A stretch of DNA of 64,000 nt from NCBI GenBank assembly GCA_010909165.1, contig VJWM01000240.1, forward strand, positions 186,001 to 250,000, read 5' to 3'. Positions 47,641 through 59,234 of the stretch are shown here, in pieces. Numbering within the stretch: the first letter of the stretch is position 1; every line of letters begins with the position of its first letter. A program made the translations under genes and the position numbers. The stretch is from Anthoceros angustus. Taxonomy: Eukaryota > Plantae > Anthocerotophyta. Below the pieces are notes generated by a model. The model was given only the letters and a program-made list of their open reading frames with translations. It was not told where the DNA came from and searched no databases.

Positions 47641-49646
47641 TGTGGAAGACCACATGTGCACTAACCCCGCCTCCAAGTGTCGGATGAACGATTTTTTGTT
47701 TTGATGTGTTAGAATAGCAAAGTGCTTTGAGAATCTCCGAGTCGTCTTTTATACGGAATGGTCCTTGGCCCTTGGAGATAATAATAATTTTTCGACTTAG
47801 GTTTGACCCAGGGGTGGGTAGAAATAGAGTCCTTGGGTATTGGGAATTTTTAGAATAAAAGGTGTCTATATGTGGGATGCTCATGATATGCTGATTGAGT
47901 AGTCAGTGGGAGGTGGCTAGTTCCACTGCTGGCAGCAGGGCGTCTGAGACCCGAGGGAGTTTACAACCCTAGTGGGCGAGCGGGCTACCACCACGGGCCG
48001 AGAAGGGGCACACCCAAGACCACGAGGTCGCGACTTTCCGGAGGGGCGTGAGGAGTGCGCAAGAGGGCGGCAGCAACTCCTTGAGGCCAAATCTACGCCT
48101 CACGGGAGGAAGGGGCGCATCGGGGAGACAGGCCGGCCAGCGGAGGAGAGAAATCGAGGCAAAGAGTTCGAGGCGTGGAAGGACCTACGCGAATTCTGGC
48201 GTCTGATGAGGATGCTCATGTCCACAACCTGCATGGTGAGCGGTGCTCACTCTAGCGTGTATGTGGTTGTTGGGAGGAGGAAACTCGGTCAGCATCTTGG
48301 CCGCCACAGGCGTTTACGATGGTTCCTTGAGCAGGGCGGGCGCCTATCCTCCATAAGTGGTCTTTGGAGATGAGCGGGCGGAGGCGCATGGAGGGAGGAG
48401 CACGGTATGGTGAGGAGGAGGCGGGACAACGACATAGAGGTCACGCAGGCGGCGTGCGTCGCGGGAAGGCGCGAGGAAACTCGGCGGTGAGTGAGGTGGA
48501 GGTTGTGGGGAAAATCGCTCGGATCGAGGCGAGGCCGAAGGCGAGAGGGTCCCCATGGGCGTGGGCGGGGCCAGCGGCGGCGCTGATTTTAGAGTCGCGA
48601 TAGCCTAGGACGGGGTTTCCTTTTTGAGGCGAGGGATAGGGAGTTCCATCGGTGAGTAAATTTGTTGCTTAGATTGGTGGGCGCTCGTGGTAGGAGCTAC
48701 AATTTTTAGACCCTAGAAGTGGTACATGTTGGACCACGGCCGGATGTATAAGAGACCCTTTGGGTGTCTCTCAAAGACGACGATTTCGGTGTGAACTTAG
48801 TGTATCGAATCCTCGTGTGGGGTTGATTGGAGTGCATCGGTCGGCATCGTAGCGGCGAGTCCTCGCACGCACTGAGACGGAAGATCCTGGATAGTCGAGG
48901 AGTGGCCAAGCTCCACGTCAGGATGAATGGTGAGGCCCAACATGCGCGAGAAGGGGCAAGGGTTGCTGCGGAAAGTCGGGGTGAGATCGGCAGCAGTGAA
49001 TCGCCCAAAGCCCGCGTTCCTGTCCCTCCTTCCAACAATCACGTGTTTAATTCTATGAGGAGGGGTCTGTGGCCCGTGGTGAGGTCTGGCCTGGGAAAAG
49101 GGAGAGGCAGGGCCATGTGCGGTGAGAGGTTCTCGGAAGAAGGGTGAGTATCTTGTGGTAAGGAAATTGTGGTTGCGTTTTGAGCGAGTAATAGAGCGGG
49201 AGAGTGAGTGGACCCGAGGCGAGTCGTCGGCATTCGATCGAGTGCCTAATTCGGAAGTTCGGACCCCTAGGAGTGAATTAGAGTAGATGTGAGTCTATGT
49301 GCGTGTGTGTGTGGGGAAGACTGACCCTCGGAGACCCGTCCGAAGCCGGGTTGTGGGTAGTCGCAGCCAGCGCCGTGCGCTGGCGGGGCCCGCCGATGGT
49401 TGAGTCAACCATCGCGGTGGCGAACGCCACTGATGGCGAACCCCGCGACGGTGGGCGAGTCCTCCACGGTGGTGGTTCCAGAGTGGGTGGTGGTTCGAGG
49501 TAAAGCGTCGGTTGTGGTAGGTTAGACACCGTAGATTAGCTCATCTTGACACAAAACCATTCCCTTGGGATCGAATCCTAGGACTATAACGACATAGAGG
49601 GTAAATGTGGCCTCCTTGCGTCTTTGGATGCAAAACCCATTCCACA
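47641..49646 (+). repeat. Element A middle (shared) LTR
   Basis: Preceded by a PPT and followed by a degenerate PBS (TTTTGGCGC). Confidence 0.92.
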
Positions 49647-52600
49647 TTTTGGCGCGTTCTGAATGAAAGCTAAAGGATTCTAGGAAGGACTAACCATAGT
49701 TTAGGCCTTGGTTCTTTGAGTGAAGCTAGTTTGGTAGATGGATGCCACGGGTTGGAGGGGGTCTAGTCGGGAGGAAAGCCTCAAGCCAGCGGCAACACCG
49801 CTTTGGAAAGATTGAGGAGGGTTGCAAACCGGGAGTTGAGGAGGACCCAATTGGAGGACGACTTGTGGGGAAAGAAGGGGCAAGAGATTCACGGGATTTG
49901 GGGGTCCGATCCTTGGAGCAAGATCCCCGATCCTCGCCTCGGAGGGGTACCACGCCAAGAGACCTTGATCCAACCTTGTCAACGACCTTCCTCCTAGGTG
50001 TGTGCATTGCAGCCCCAACAACTTCCGTGGAACACGTCACGCGGTCACGCTACCATACCCAACGCGCATATGTCCACCGCATGGTGGCACCACCCTGCTT
50101 TACCCTGTATGGGAAGGAAGGGTATGAGGATCCCATTTGTTGAGCGTTTTGAGCTTAACCTTGCGTGAAGTAGGTGACGCCAACGATTCAACTGTTCTAT
50201 GGAGTGCTCGGGGCCAAAGTGGTATGAGAGTACCTTAAGTTAGCCCACCACCTTGAAGAAATCAAGACGCCGAGAGGTTTAGAGGAATTGGAAGGATACG
50301 TATTGTCCAAACTTGAGGTTACAAAGGAGGAAGGAAACCTTGCAAGCCTATGTGGAGAGGTTCCACGCTGCGCGATCGCGTGGTCCGTGAGTTCGAGCCA
50401 TACGATGGTTTGCCAAGGGCCCGGGTTCTAAGATGGGAAGGCATGTGAGGTTGCAAGCGGAAAAGAGTTTGGGCAAGGCTATCAAGGCGCTAACTATGAA
50501 GAATCTAACCCAGGATGAGGAGGTTGAGAAGGAGAAGAAGAAGCCTAGGAAGGACAAGAAGAAGGTCCGAGAAGAAGGATTCTTCGTCCTCCGCGGAAGG
50601 AAGTTCTTCAAGTGAGGGAGTTCTTAAGAATCTACGGAGGATTCCACGGAGGAAGAAAGCAGTGACTCGGAGGAGGAATCGACGGACGAGGAACGGGTCA
50701 AAAGGAAAAGGAAGAAACAAGAGGCGTGGATGTAGGGCATACGGGAAAAGAGTGCAAGAGCAAACAAGAGGCGTTGTATGCAAAAAGATGCGGAGCAGTA
50801 GAAGGGAAGGCGAGGCGCGGCCAAGAAAGTAGAACAACAGGGAACAAGATGGAGGAGATGATGGCAAAATTAGAAATTCCATCTTAATGCGGTCAAGGAA
50901 CATGAGAGGCGGAGGCATCACGAACCGAGCCAATCTTCTGTTCAACGTGTGGGCAGCAGGACACTCCAAAGCTAATTGTCCAACGGGTACACTGGGATAT
51001 GAGGAAGAGGAGGAAGAGGGTCCGGTGGAAGATACATATGTCCGTGGAGGTTGACCCAAGTGTACCCAAAACCATGTACCCGGCCAACCTCGTAATTCCA
51101 CGGGGTAGGCGTTCGTAATCAGCGGGCAATATGGTACCGTCTTGTGCTACAATTGCCGCAATCTTGGCACTATGCTCACTGCCCTATCCAACTCGGCAAT
51201 GGAGATTTGATAAACTATGTCAGATTGCGGCAGGGCATTTGGCGGGAAGTGTGCTCGCCAAAGCCCGGAAAAGACGGTGAGGATCAGCACCGTGGAGTTC
51301 ACCAGCCAAACCTCCGGTGTCCGCCATGCATGTTGAGGATGCACTTATGGCGGTATGGGAGGATGCCGAGATTGGAACCACGAGGAGCTTGGAGGATTAG
51401 GCGCCGTAGGAAGCGATTATTATGGGGAAGCCTCCGCCATGGTCGTTAGAACAAGGAGCACAAAAGCAAAAGAGAGGCGACGTGGGGGGAAAAAAAGAAG
51501 AAAGGAGGCGGATACGACCACGGGATCGGATGAGGGAGAGAGTGTCGCCACCAGCTCGGGGGCGGAAATACCAACACCAGCGGGAACGTTGGCCAAGGAC
51601 GAAAAAAAAACAAGTCCTGCAGGTGACTTGGCGGATGGACCATATGTGCAAAAGGGTGATGCAGCTGAGACATTGAGTGTTCCAGCGGGCGGAAAGGCGA
51701 ATGAAGGGCTGCTGACGAAAGCCGTCGAGGGGGGTGGAACCCTACCGATTTCAGAGAAAGTTACCGAACCAGAGTTAGGGTTTCCACCGGACGTCGGGGA
51801 AGTCATGGATATGATACAAGAAGAATTGGAAGGGAGGCTACGGGGAAAAGGCGGGGTGTCGATTTCCACCACCCTGGGAGTCCACCACCACCCACGAAGG
51901 GCCACCGTACCCCAAGTCATGACAGGGAACCCACCAACCAAATCTGGATGGCGGCGACTGCGGGCCACCGCTTCTTTCAATCTCGCCGAGGCCATCATGG
52001 ACCAACATTTCATGATCACATTCGGACAACTCCTCCGAGACAATCCATGATAGGCAATGATCGAGGCGTTAAAAGAGGCGCAACCCAAAAGAGGCGCAAT
52101 GTTCCCTATACACCCCGCTCATGTGAACTTGGTATCCATGGTGGATCAAGGCCCACCAACTCAGTGGAAATTTCGGGATGTGTCATTAAAGGAGTGCCTC
52201 TCGACACGGGGTCGGGTGTAAATATTATGACAGAAGACACGGCTAGGAAATTGGGCTTGGATATTGAACATACTACCAAGGTTTTTAGCTACATGTCCGT
52301 AATGGTGGTGGGGGCCCGGCAGGTGCTAACGACCATTGGAACCATCCCTACTTGATGGATTATGTAGTCATCCAAAGAAAATCGCCAGTACGACGTCCTA
52401 ATTGGCGAACATGGATGTACGCATCGCAATGCACGCTCAAGTGGGGCGAAGGAAGTCGGTTTTAAACCGTTGGAATGGGATCCCAAGACCAAGGAGGGAA
52501 GGATGTGCCTATCGTGGAGTAAGGACATGTATGCAGGTGAAACTCCAACTGAAACAGAAGGGTACACCTCGGCAGAGGACACGTCCGGGGAGATGGGAGA

Positions 52601-55430
52601 GGAAGATAGGTTCCCGTTCGCACACATCTCATGGTCTGATGAGGAGCAGGACTACCGCAGAGATATCCCATATACAATTAACCCGAGGGGTGCGGGTAAT
52701 GCTCATGAAGGGGTCCGGCGAGGATTGAAGCAGTGGAGAAAGGAGGAGGCGTCACGCAGTTCACGTCGGAGGATTTGTTTAGGGAATGGGGCATGAGAGA
52801 AGAGGAACCGCGGGAGCCAGAAGAAGGATTCGGGGTTAGCACCGCACCAGTAGAGCGCGAGTGGGTACAGGCTGATGAAGTCAAGGACGTTGAGGTTCTT
52901 CCAGGGAAGGTGCTCAAATTCTCCAGAACAATGGATGCGGCGTTGGAGGAAGGAATGAAGCTGCTTGCAGAATTCATCGATGTTTTCGCCTTCGAGGTAA
53001 CAGACATGAAGGGGATCCCCAAAGAATGGGGCGAGCATAGGATTGACTGGAACCAGGGGCAATCCCAGTAAGGATTCCACAAGTTAAATCCAAGTACTCC
53101 CTCAAGGTAAAGGATCAGTTGGAGATGTACCTCAAGGCGGATGTGATCTATCCTATAGTCAATACCGAATGGGTGGCTCCAATAGTGGTAGTACCTAAGA
53201 GGCAGCCTGGCAAAATCCGAGTTTGTCAGGACTGGAGAAGGTTGAATAAAGTCACCAAGAAGGATCACTTTCCGTTACCCTTCATCGATAATATCCTGGA
53301 TCTGGTCGCAGGCAGAATGGCGTATTCATTCCTAGACGGTACTGGGTATAATCACCGCACCTTAGGGAGAGCGATTGGCCTCGACCGCTTTACAACCGAG
53401 GGGACATATGCTTACAAGCGCATTTGGGTTGACGGAGCACTGGGTCCTTCATGCGAGCCATCGTCAAAATTTTCAAGGACTTCCTCCGACTTTATGGAAG
53501 TTTTCCGGGCGACCTGCGTATTTGGGTCAAGGACCATCTGCCGCACCTCCGGAAGTGCTGGGCGTCGAGCCACGCGCAATTATGCCGCATCCAAAAGTGC
53601 TACTTGCATGTCGGAGGAATTCTGGGGCATCGAATTTCAAGCCGAGGTATAGAAGTAGATCCGGACAAGGTAAAGGTCATCGCCACCCTTAGAGCACCAA
53701 CGCTAAAGGAACTCCGCGGGTTCCCGGAATGGTCGGTATTATACGCTTGCTTCCAAATTTCAAGCGGCTGCCCCACTAACGAGCTTGTTAAGGAAGGATC
53801 GGAGTGGGAATGGACGACGCGGAGGAAGCATTCGGGACTACGCACCACTGCCGCTCCCACGCTAAGAGGACCGGAGTAAGAAGTTCCACGTTTTCGTTGA
53901 TGTTTCATTTGCAATTGGGTCATCCTTAGCCGGTAGGATGAGAAGAAGAAGGATTTTCCGATCTACTATCTTTGGAGACAACTAAACGGGCAGTATACCA
54001 CCACGGGCCTTGGTTACTAGGAATTTGTGTGTTGACCACAGTTGACCTTCACACGATAGAAGCGAGGTAGGAAGCATATCAATGCCGACTTCATATCTCG
54101 ATTGAAAGCAGGAAGGTGGAAAGGGGGAACGACTTTCCGATGAGACCTTTCTGCGAGTTGCAAACCAGAGTGAAGCCAGTTCGGAAGGAGGAGAGCCGAT
54201 CGATTGAGAAGGGAGGTGGCGGAAGACCAACATATCGAGATATATGATTATCTTGGCGGGCCAAATTCCTCCACATCTTTCCAAGACACAGATTCAGGCG
54301 TTCGTCCACTACTCCAGACCATTCACACGGCACAATATGAACTTATACCGAGTCAGTCCGGACGGCAGGGAGCGGTTATGGAGTGCACTCAAGCGGTGAG
54401 CAGAGTCCTGAGCTCTTTACACGAAGAAGAGGCGGGAGGTCATTATGCCGCGCATGTCACTTGCAGGAAAATTTTGGAGGCTGGCTATTGGTGGCCTACA
54501 ATGTACAAGGATGCCAAGGAGTTCGTGAAGCCGCTTGCCAAAGGGTCGGCAAGCCAACAACAACCCAATGGCCCCTTGTCCCCATACTTGCAGCACCATT
54601 CGAGAAATGGGGAATCGATTTTGTCGGTCCTATCCAAAAACCAAGACTCGCCAAAACCAATACATCCCGTGGCCAGACATTCGCGCGGATGGTAGAAGCA
54701 CGACCTTCTAGATTCGGTGGATTCTGCTCGAGCAAATCATCACCGATATGGTACCGTGGGCTGAGTCGTGTGAGAGGAACACATTTCGTCAATCGGTAAT
54801 CTCCAACATGACCAACCACTTCAACGTCCCAAGAAGTCCACGCCTTATAACCCAAAAGCCAATGGGCGTGGAAAAGGCAAATGGCTTGTTGTGCAAGATC
54901 CTAACCAAACTCACTCGATATGCGTGATGGGATATGAAAGCGCATTCAAGACTGGCGTAGGACCCGCGGAAAAGTGACAACGCAGACCCGTATTATCTCT
55001 TACTTACGGGCATTCATCATGCCAATAGAATTCAAGTTCCACCACGAGAATACAGGAACCAAGTCGAATGCCGGTGGAAGAAAGTCAGTTGGAAAGGTTG
55101 GTGGGTTTCGTCGACACACGGAGAACAGAGAACAAGCCCTCCAAGTTATGCGGGATGTCCAGCAAAGGAGGAAGGAGTGGCACGACAAGAGATTGAAGCG
55201 TCAAGAATACGTTGTTCCTGGGGATCTGGCTTTACTATATGATAACCGATACATGCATTTCCCAGGTAAATTACATCTCAGGTGGATGGGGCCCTTCAGA
55301 GTTTCAGAAGTTTTCGACAACGGATCAATTCAACTCCAGTACCTTAGTGGCTCACCACCTTGCGTCAGCGGTTGGCGGGTCAAAATATTACCAATAAGTT
55401 GGCGAGGCGCCAACAAATGAGAAGGGAGTA
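49647..55430 (+). pseudogene. Element A internal region 2 (gag-pol, frameshifted)
   Basis: CYNCRNLGHYAHCP, protease LDTGSGVNIM (about 52199), RT GKIRVCQDWRRLNKVTKKDHFPLPFIDNILD, INT LHEEEAGGHY..RKILEAGYWWPTMYKD and GKLHLRWMGPFRV. The PPT follows integrase directly, with no chromodomain. Confidence 0.92.
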
Positions 55431-57475
55431 TGTGGAAGACCACATGTGCACTAACCTCCCAAGTGTCGGGATGAACGATTTTTTGTTTTGGATGTGTTAG
55501 AATAGCAAAGTGCTTTGAGAATCGTCTCAGTCTTTTATCACAATGGTCCTTGGCCCTTGGAGATAATAATAATTTTTCGACCCTTAGGTTTGACCCGGAG
55601 GTGGGAGAAATAGAGTCCTTGGGTATTGGGAATTTTAGAATAAAAGGTGTCTATATATGCTAGGGATGCTCACAATGCCACTTGAGTAGTCAAGGGTGGT
55701 GGCTAGTTCCACCACGGTGGCCGAGAAACGGGACGCATGCACTGTGGGGAATTTACAACCCCAGTGGCGGAGCGGGCTACTACCGGAGCGAATCGAGAGA
55801 AGGCACACCAAAGATCGAGGTCGCGATTTCCGTGAGGGGCCGAGTGAGCCGCAGAAGAGGGGCGCGACACCACGCCAAATCCGCCCCTCAGGCAGAGGAA
55901 GGCGACGATCGTGACAGGGCGCAAGTGAGGAGAGAACGGCACGGCAAGTTCATGAGGAGGCGTGGGACCTCGACGTAGGACAAGCACGCGTCGGATGAGG
56001 ATGCTCATGTCACGCATGGTGAGCGGTGCTCACCTAAACGTGTATGGTTGTTGGGATGGAGGGGAAACCATCGTCAGACATCACGCCAGGCTGGGTTCCG
56101 AAAGGAGGGCGCCTATCCTCCGCAAGGGTCTGAGGAGATGAGCGAGGCGGAGGCCGAGCATGGAGGAGGAGCACCTATGGTTGTCCAAATGAGGAGGAGC
56201 GGACATGGACATAGAGGTCACAAAGGCAACGTCCGCTGGGAAGGCGCGAGGGAAACCTCAAAGGAGAGTGAGGTGGAGGTTGTGGGGAAAATCTGATCGA
56301 GGCGGTCAAGAGCGAGAGGGTCCCCATGGGCCGAGGGCGAGGCAAGAATCGCGGAGGCGGCAGTCACTGATTTTAGGGGAGTCGCGATAGCCTAGGACCG
56401 GGGTTTTTCGGGCGAGGGATAGGGAGTTCCATCACCAGAGTCATGCTGCTTAGATTGGTAAGGGCGCCGTGGTAGGAGCTACAATTTTAGACCCTAAAGA
56501 GAAGTGAGTCCGTTGGACCACACGGATGTATAAGAGACCCTTTGGGTGTCTCTCAAAGATCGATTTCGTGTGAACTTCCGTGTATCGAACTCGTGGTGGG
56601 GTTGATTGGAGACGCCCGTCAAGATCAAACAACGGCGCACTGCCTTCGCCACAAGAAGACCGGAAGATCCCCGGATAGTCGAGAGCGAGTGGCCAAGCCC
56701 ACGCCCCGACAAAGTTGAATGGTGAGGCGCCCAACATGCGCTCGAGAAGGGGCAAGGAAAGTCGGGGTGAGATCGAACAGTGAATCGCCTGGCATCGACT
56801 GCAGGCTCTCGTCCCTCCTTCCAACAAGCTGCCCATCGAACGTGTTTAATTCTATGAGGAGGGGTCCTGTGGCCCGTGGTGAGGTCTGTGTGGCCTCGGG
56901 AAAAGGGAGAGAGATGCATACATGTGCGTGAGAGGTTCTAAGAAGAGGGTGAGTATGCCGTGGTAAGGAAATTGTGGTTATGCTTTGAGGAAACGTGAGT
57001 AATAGAAAGAGGGGGAAAAGCGAGGAGTGAGACCGAGGGGTCGACACCGAGTCGTCGCGGCATTCCCGATCGTAGTGCCTAATTCCGGGAAGTTCGGCAC
57101 GGACCCCTAGGAGTGAATTAGAGTAGATGTGAGTCTATGTGCGTGTGTGTGTGGGAAGACCGACTGAGACTCATCCGGAAGCGGTGACGCCGGGTAGTCA
57201 CGACGCGACGCGCGTCAGGCGGGCCTCCTGGTTGAGTCAACCACTCGCGGGCGAACGCCCACTGGCGAGCAACCCCCGCTGACGGGGCCGAGTCCTCCAT
57301 GCTGGCCTGCCCGAGAGTGGGTGGTTCGTAGGGTAAACGCCGTGGTAGGTTAGACAATCGTAGATTAGCTCATCTCGACACAAAACCATTCCCTTGGGAT
57401 CGAATCCTAGGACTATAACGAGACATAGAGGGTAAATGTGGCCTCCTAAGCGCTCTTGATGCAAAAACCATTCCA
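55431..57475 (+). repeat. Element A 3' LTR
   Basis: Colinear with the other two LTRs. Ends AAACCATTCCA, then GTGT and the GGAGT target duplication. Confidence 0.9.
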
Positions 57476-57484
57476 GTGTGGAGT

Positions 57485-58767
57485 CCCTCCGCTTCCCACA
57501 AGTGCACCAAATAGGTGTTAAGGAATAGGGCCTTGGCCTTCCTCATCCACGAATTTGGCGAGCTTCTCTGGTGATGTAGGCCTTCATACATGATCGTCCC
57601 CAATCAAGCAGCTCCTCTTGAAATCTTCCACAAAAGAAGAAGGTTGGTCTTTGAAATAAGAGTTCTTTGGTAATTTACTAACTACAATCTTATAAGAGCC
57701 TCCACTTGACTCCTTGATCACAGTTTTCCAGCCATTCTTGGCGTGGGCCTTCACTCCTCCGTCCATCATATCAAGAACTCTCCAGGAATTTCGGAGAGGG
57801 CAATCCTTTTCCTCCATTTGTCCTCTCGAGGAGAGCAATTCGAGCTCTCCTCCTCCGGTCTCCCATACACACAGCCGAATGCTCCGGACCGTGGCGAGGG
57901 ATCGTTCGAGCATTCCTTTCGGAGTGCGGCGGGCTGCCTCCGATGGAGATTGATGGAGATTGATGAAGCACTCCTCAATCAACTTCCAAATTGGTGTAGG
58001 CCCATTGGCGGCCATACCATCCCAATTGGATGTTATCCTCCTACGCCCTTGCTAGAAAATCAACCAAATCGCGGGGTTGAGCTGCCCCATAAAGCATGTA
58101 AATTGGGGCATCTACCACCCCTCTGGCGGCGTAGCCTCCGCTGCCTTTCTTCCTTTCCACCTCGCGAGGAGTTGGCAAGTGGTTCCTTCCCTTGCCTTTT
58201 CCTCTCGGGGCATGGTGGCTTTCAATCAAGCGCTGAGGGGTGGTACTTCCCAATTTTCCGGAGTTGGCAATCCTCGAGCTTCACCTCGGTTCTCCTTGTT
58301 GCCAGCAACAACCCCAACCTAAGACACAATAGCACGTTAATCCCGTGGCACTTCCCATTCTGCCAATTTTCTTCTCTCCTCCTTCCGGGTGAGGCCGTCA
58401 GCGAGGTCTCCTTTTGTGTCCGCGCCGGCCAACCTTGTGCTTCTTCTCCTGGCGTTGGCGGCTGACTCCAGCACCCTCGTGGTCTCAAGTTCCTTCATGC
58501 TCAACGACCTTCAGCGGTTTCTTCTTGCGCTCCTTCTCCTCGGCTTCAAGCTCCGTGGCTAGGTTCCTCTCCTCAAGCATCGCCTGCTCCCTTTTGGACC
58601 CGCTTTAGTTGTGGTGATGGCGGCGTCGCTTTCTCTCCTTCTCCTCTTACGCTCCAGCAGCTCGGCTCTTGTGAGTGAGGCGCCTCACCGAAGAGGAACG
58701 CCGCCCCAAAGCACACTTTGCCTCTTTGGATGCACACGCCTGAGGCCGCCCTAGATCGGCCCATCAT
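57485..58767 (-). pseudogene. Element C extra ORF, N-terminal portion
   Basis: Broken minus-strand frames 58767-58573, 58488-58222, 58015-57584 and 57603-57485, ending FLNTYLVHLWEAEGL at the insertion point of element A. Confidence 0.65.
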
Positions 58768-59234
58768 TCCAAAATCCTAATCCTATCTATGCTGCCTATT
58801 TCCTATTTTGCCTACTATCTCTAATTAATCGCTTTCTAATTACCTTATATATTTATTCCCTTATTGATGAGCATATATAGTGGATATCCTTCTATTCTAA
58901 TTTCCTGAGCCGAGATTTAGCCACCTACGGTCCGCCATGATCATGGTAGCCTTTTCATTTCACCTAGGGGTGGTACCACGGTAGTCTCACCACCGATCTT
59001 TCTGATCGCCTGCCTGCTTTGACCCGTTCTCCTCCTGGGATATCCTTTCCTAACAATATCCTACAACTCACTCAAGCTTCTAAAATTTCACATGCTCTTC
59101 AATCGCTTTTAGCCAAAAAAATCAAACTTGTTTGTCTTGGCTCTTTTGCTGGTTGCCCAAACTTTATGCTCCACATACTCCCCTCCTCACCTGCTTATGC
59201 CCTCGCAAACAATGGTACGCGTTGAAGGTACTTC

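Larger units (their letters stand above)
38248..57479 (+). mobile_element. Element A: tandem three-LTR non-chromovirus (Athila-like) Ty3/gypsy retrotransposon
   Basis: LTRs TGTGGAA...TTCCACA at 38248-40409, 47641-49646 and 55431-57475, plus a partial LTR at 41272-41863. Two gag-PR-RT-RH-INT internal regions. GGAGT at 38243-38247 and 57480-57484. Confidence 0.93.
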
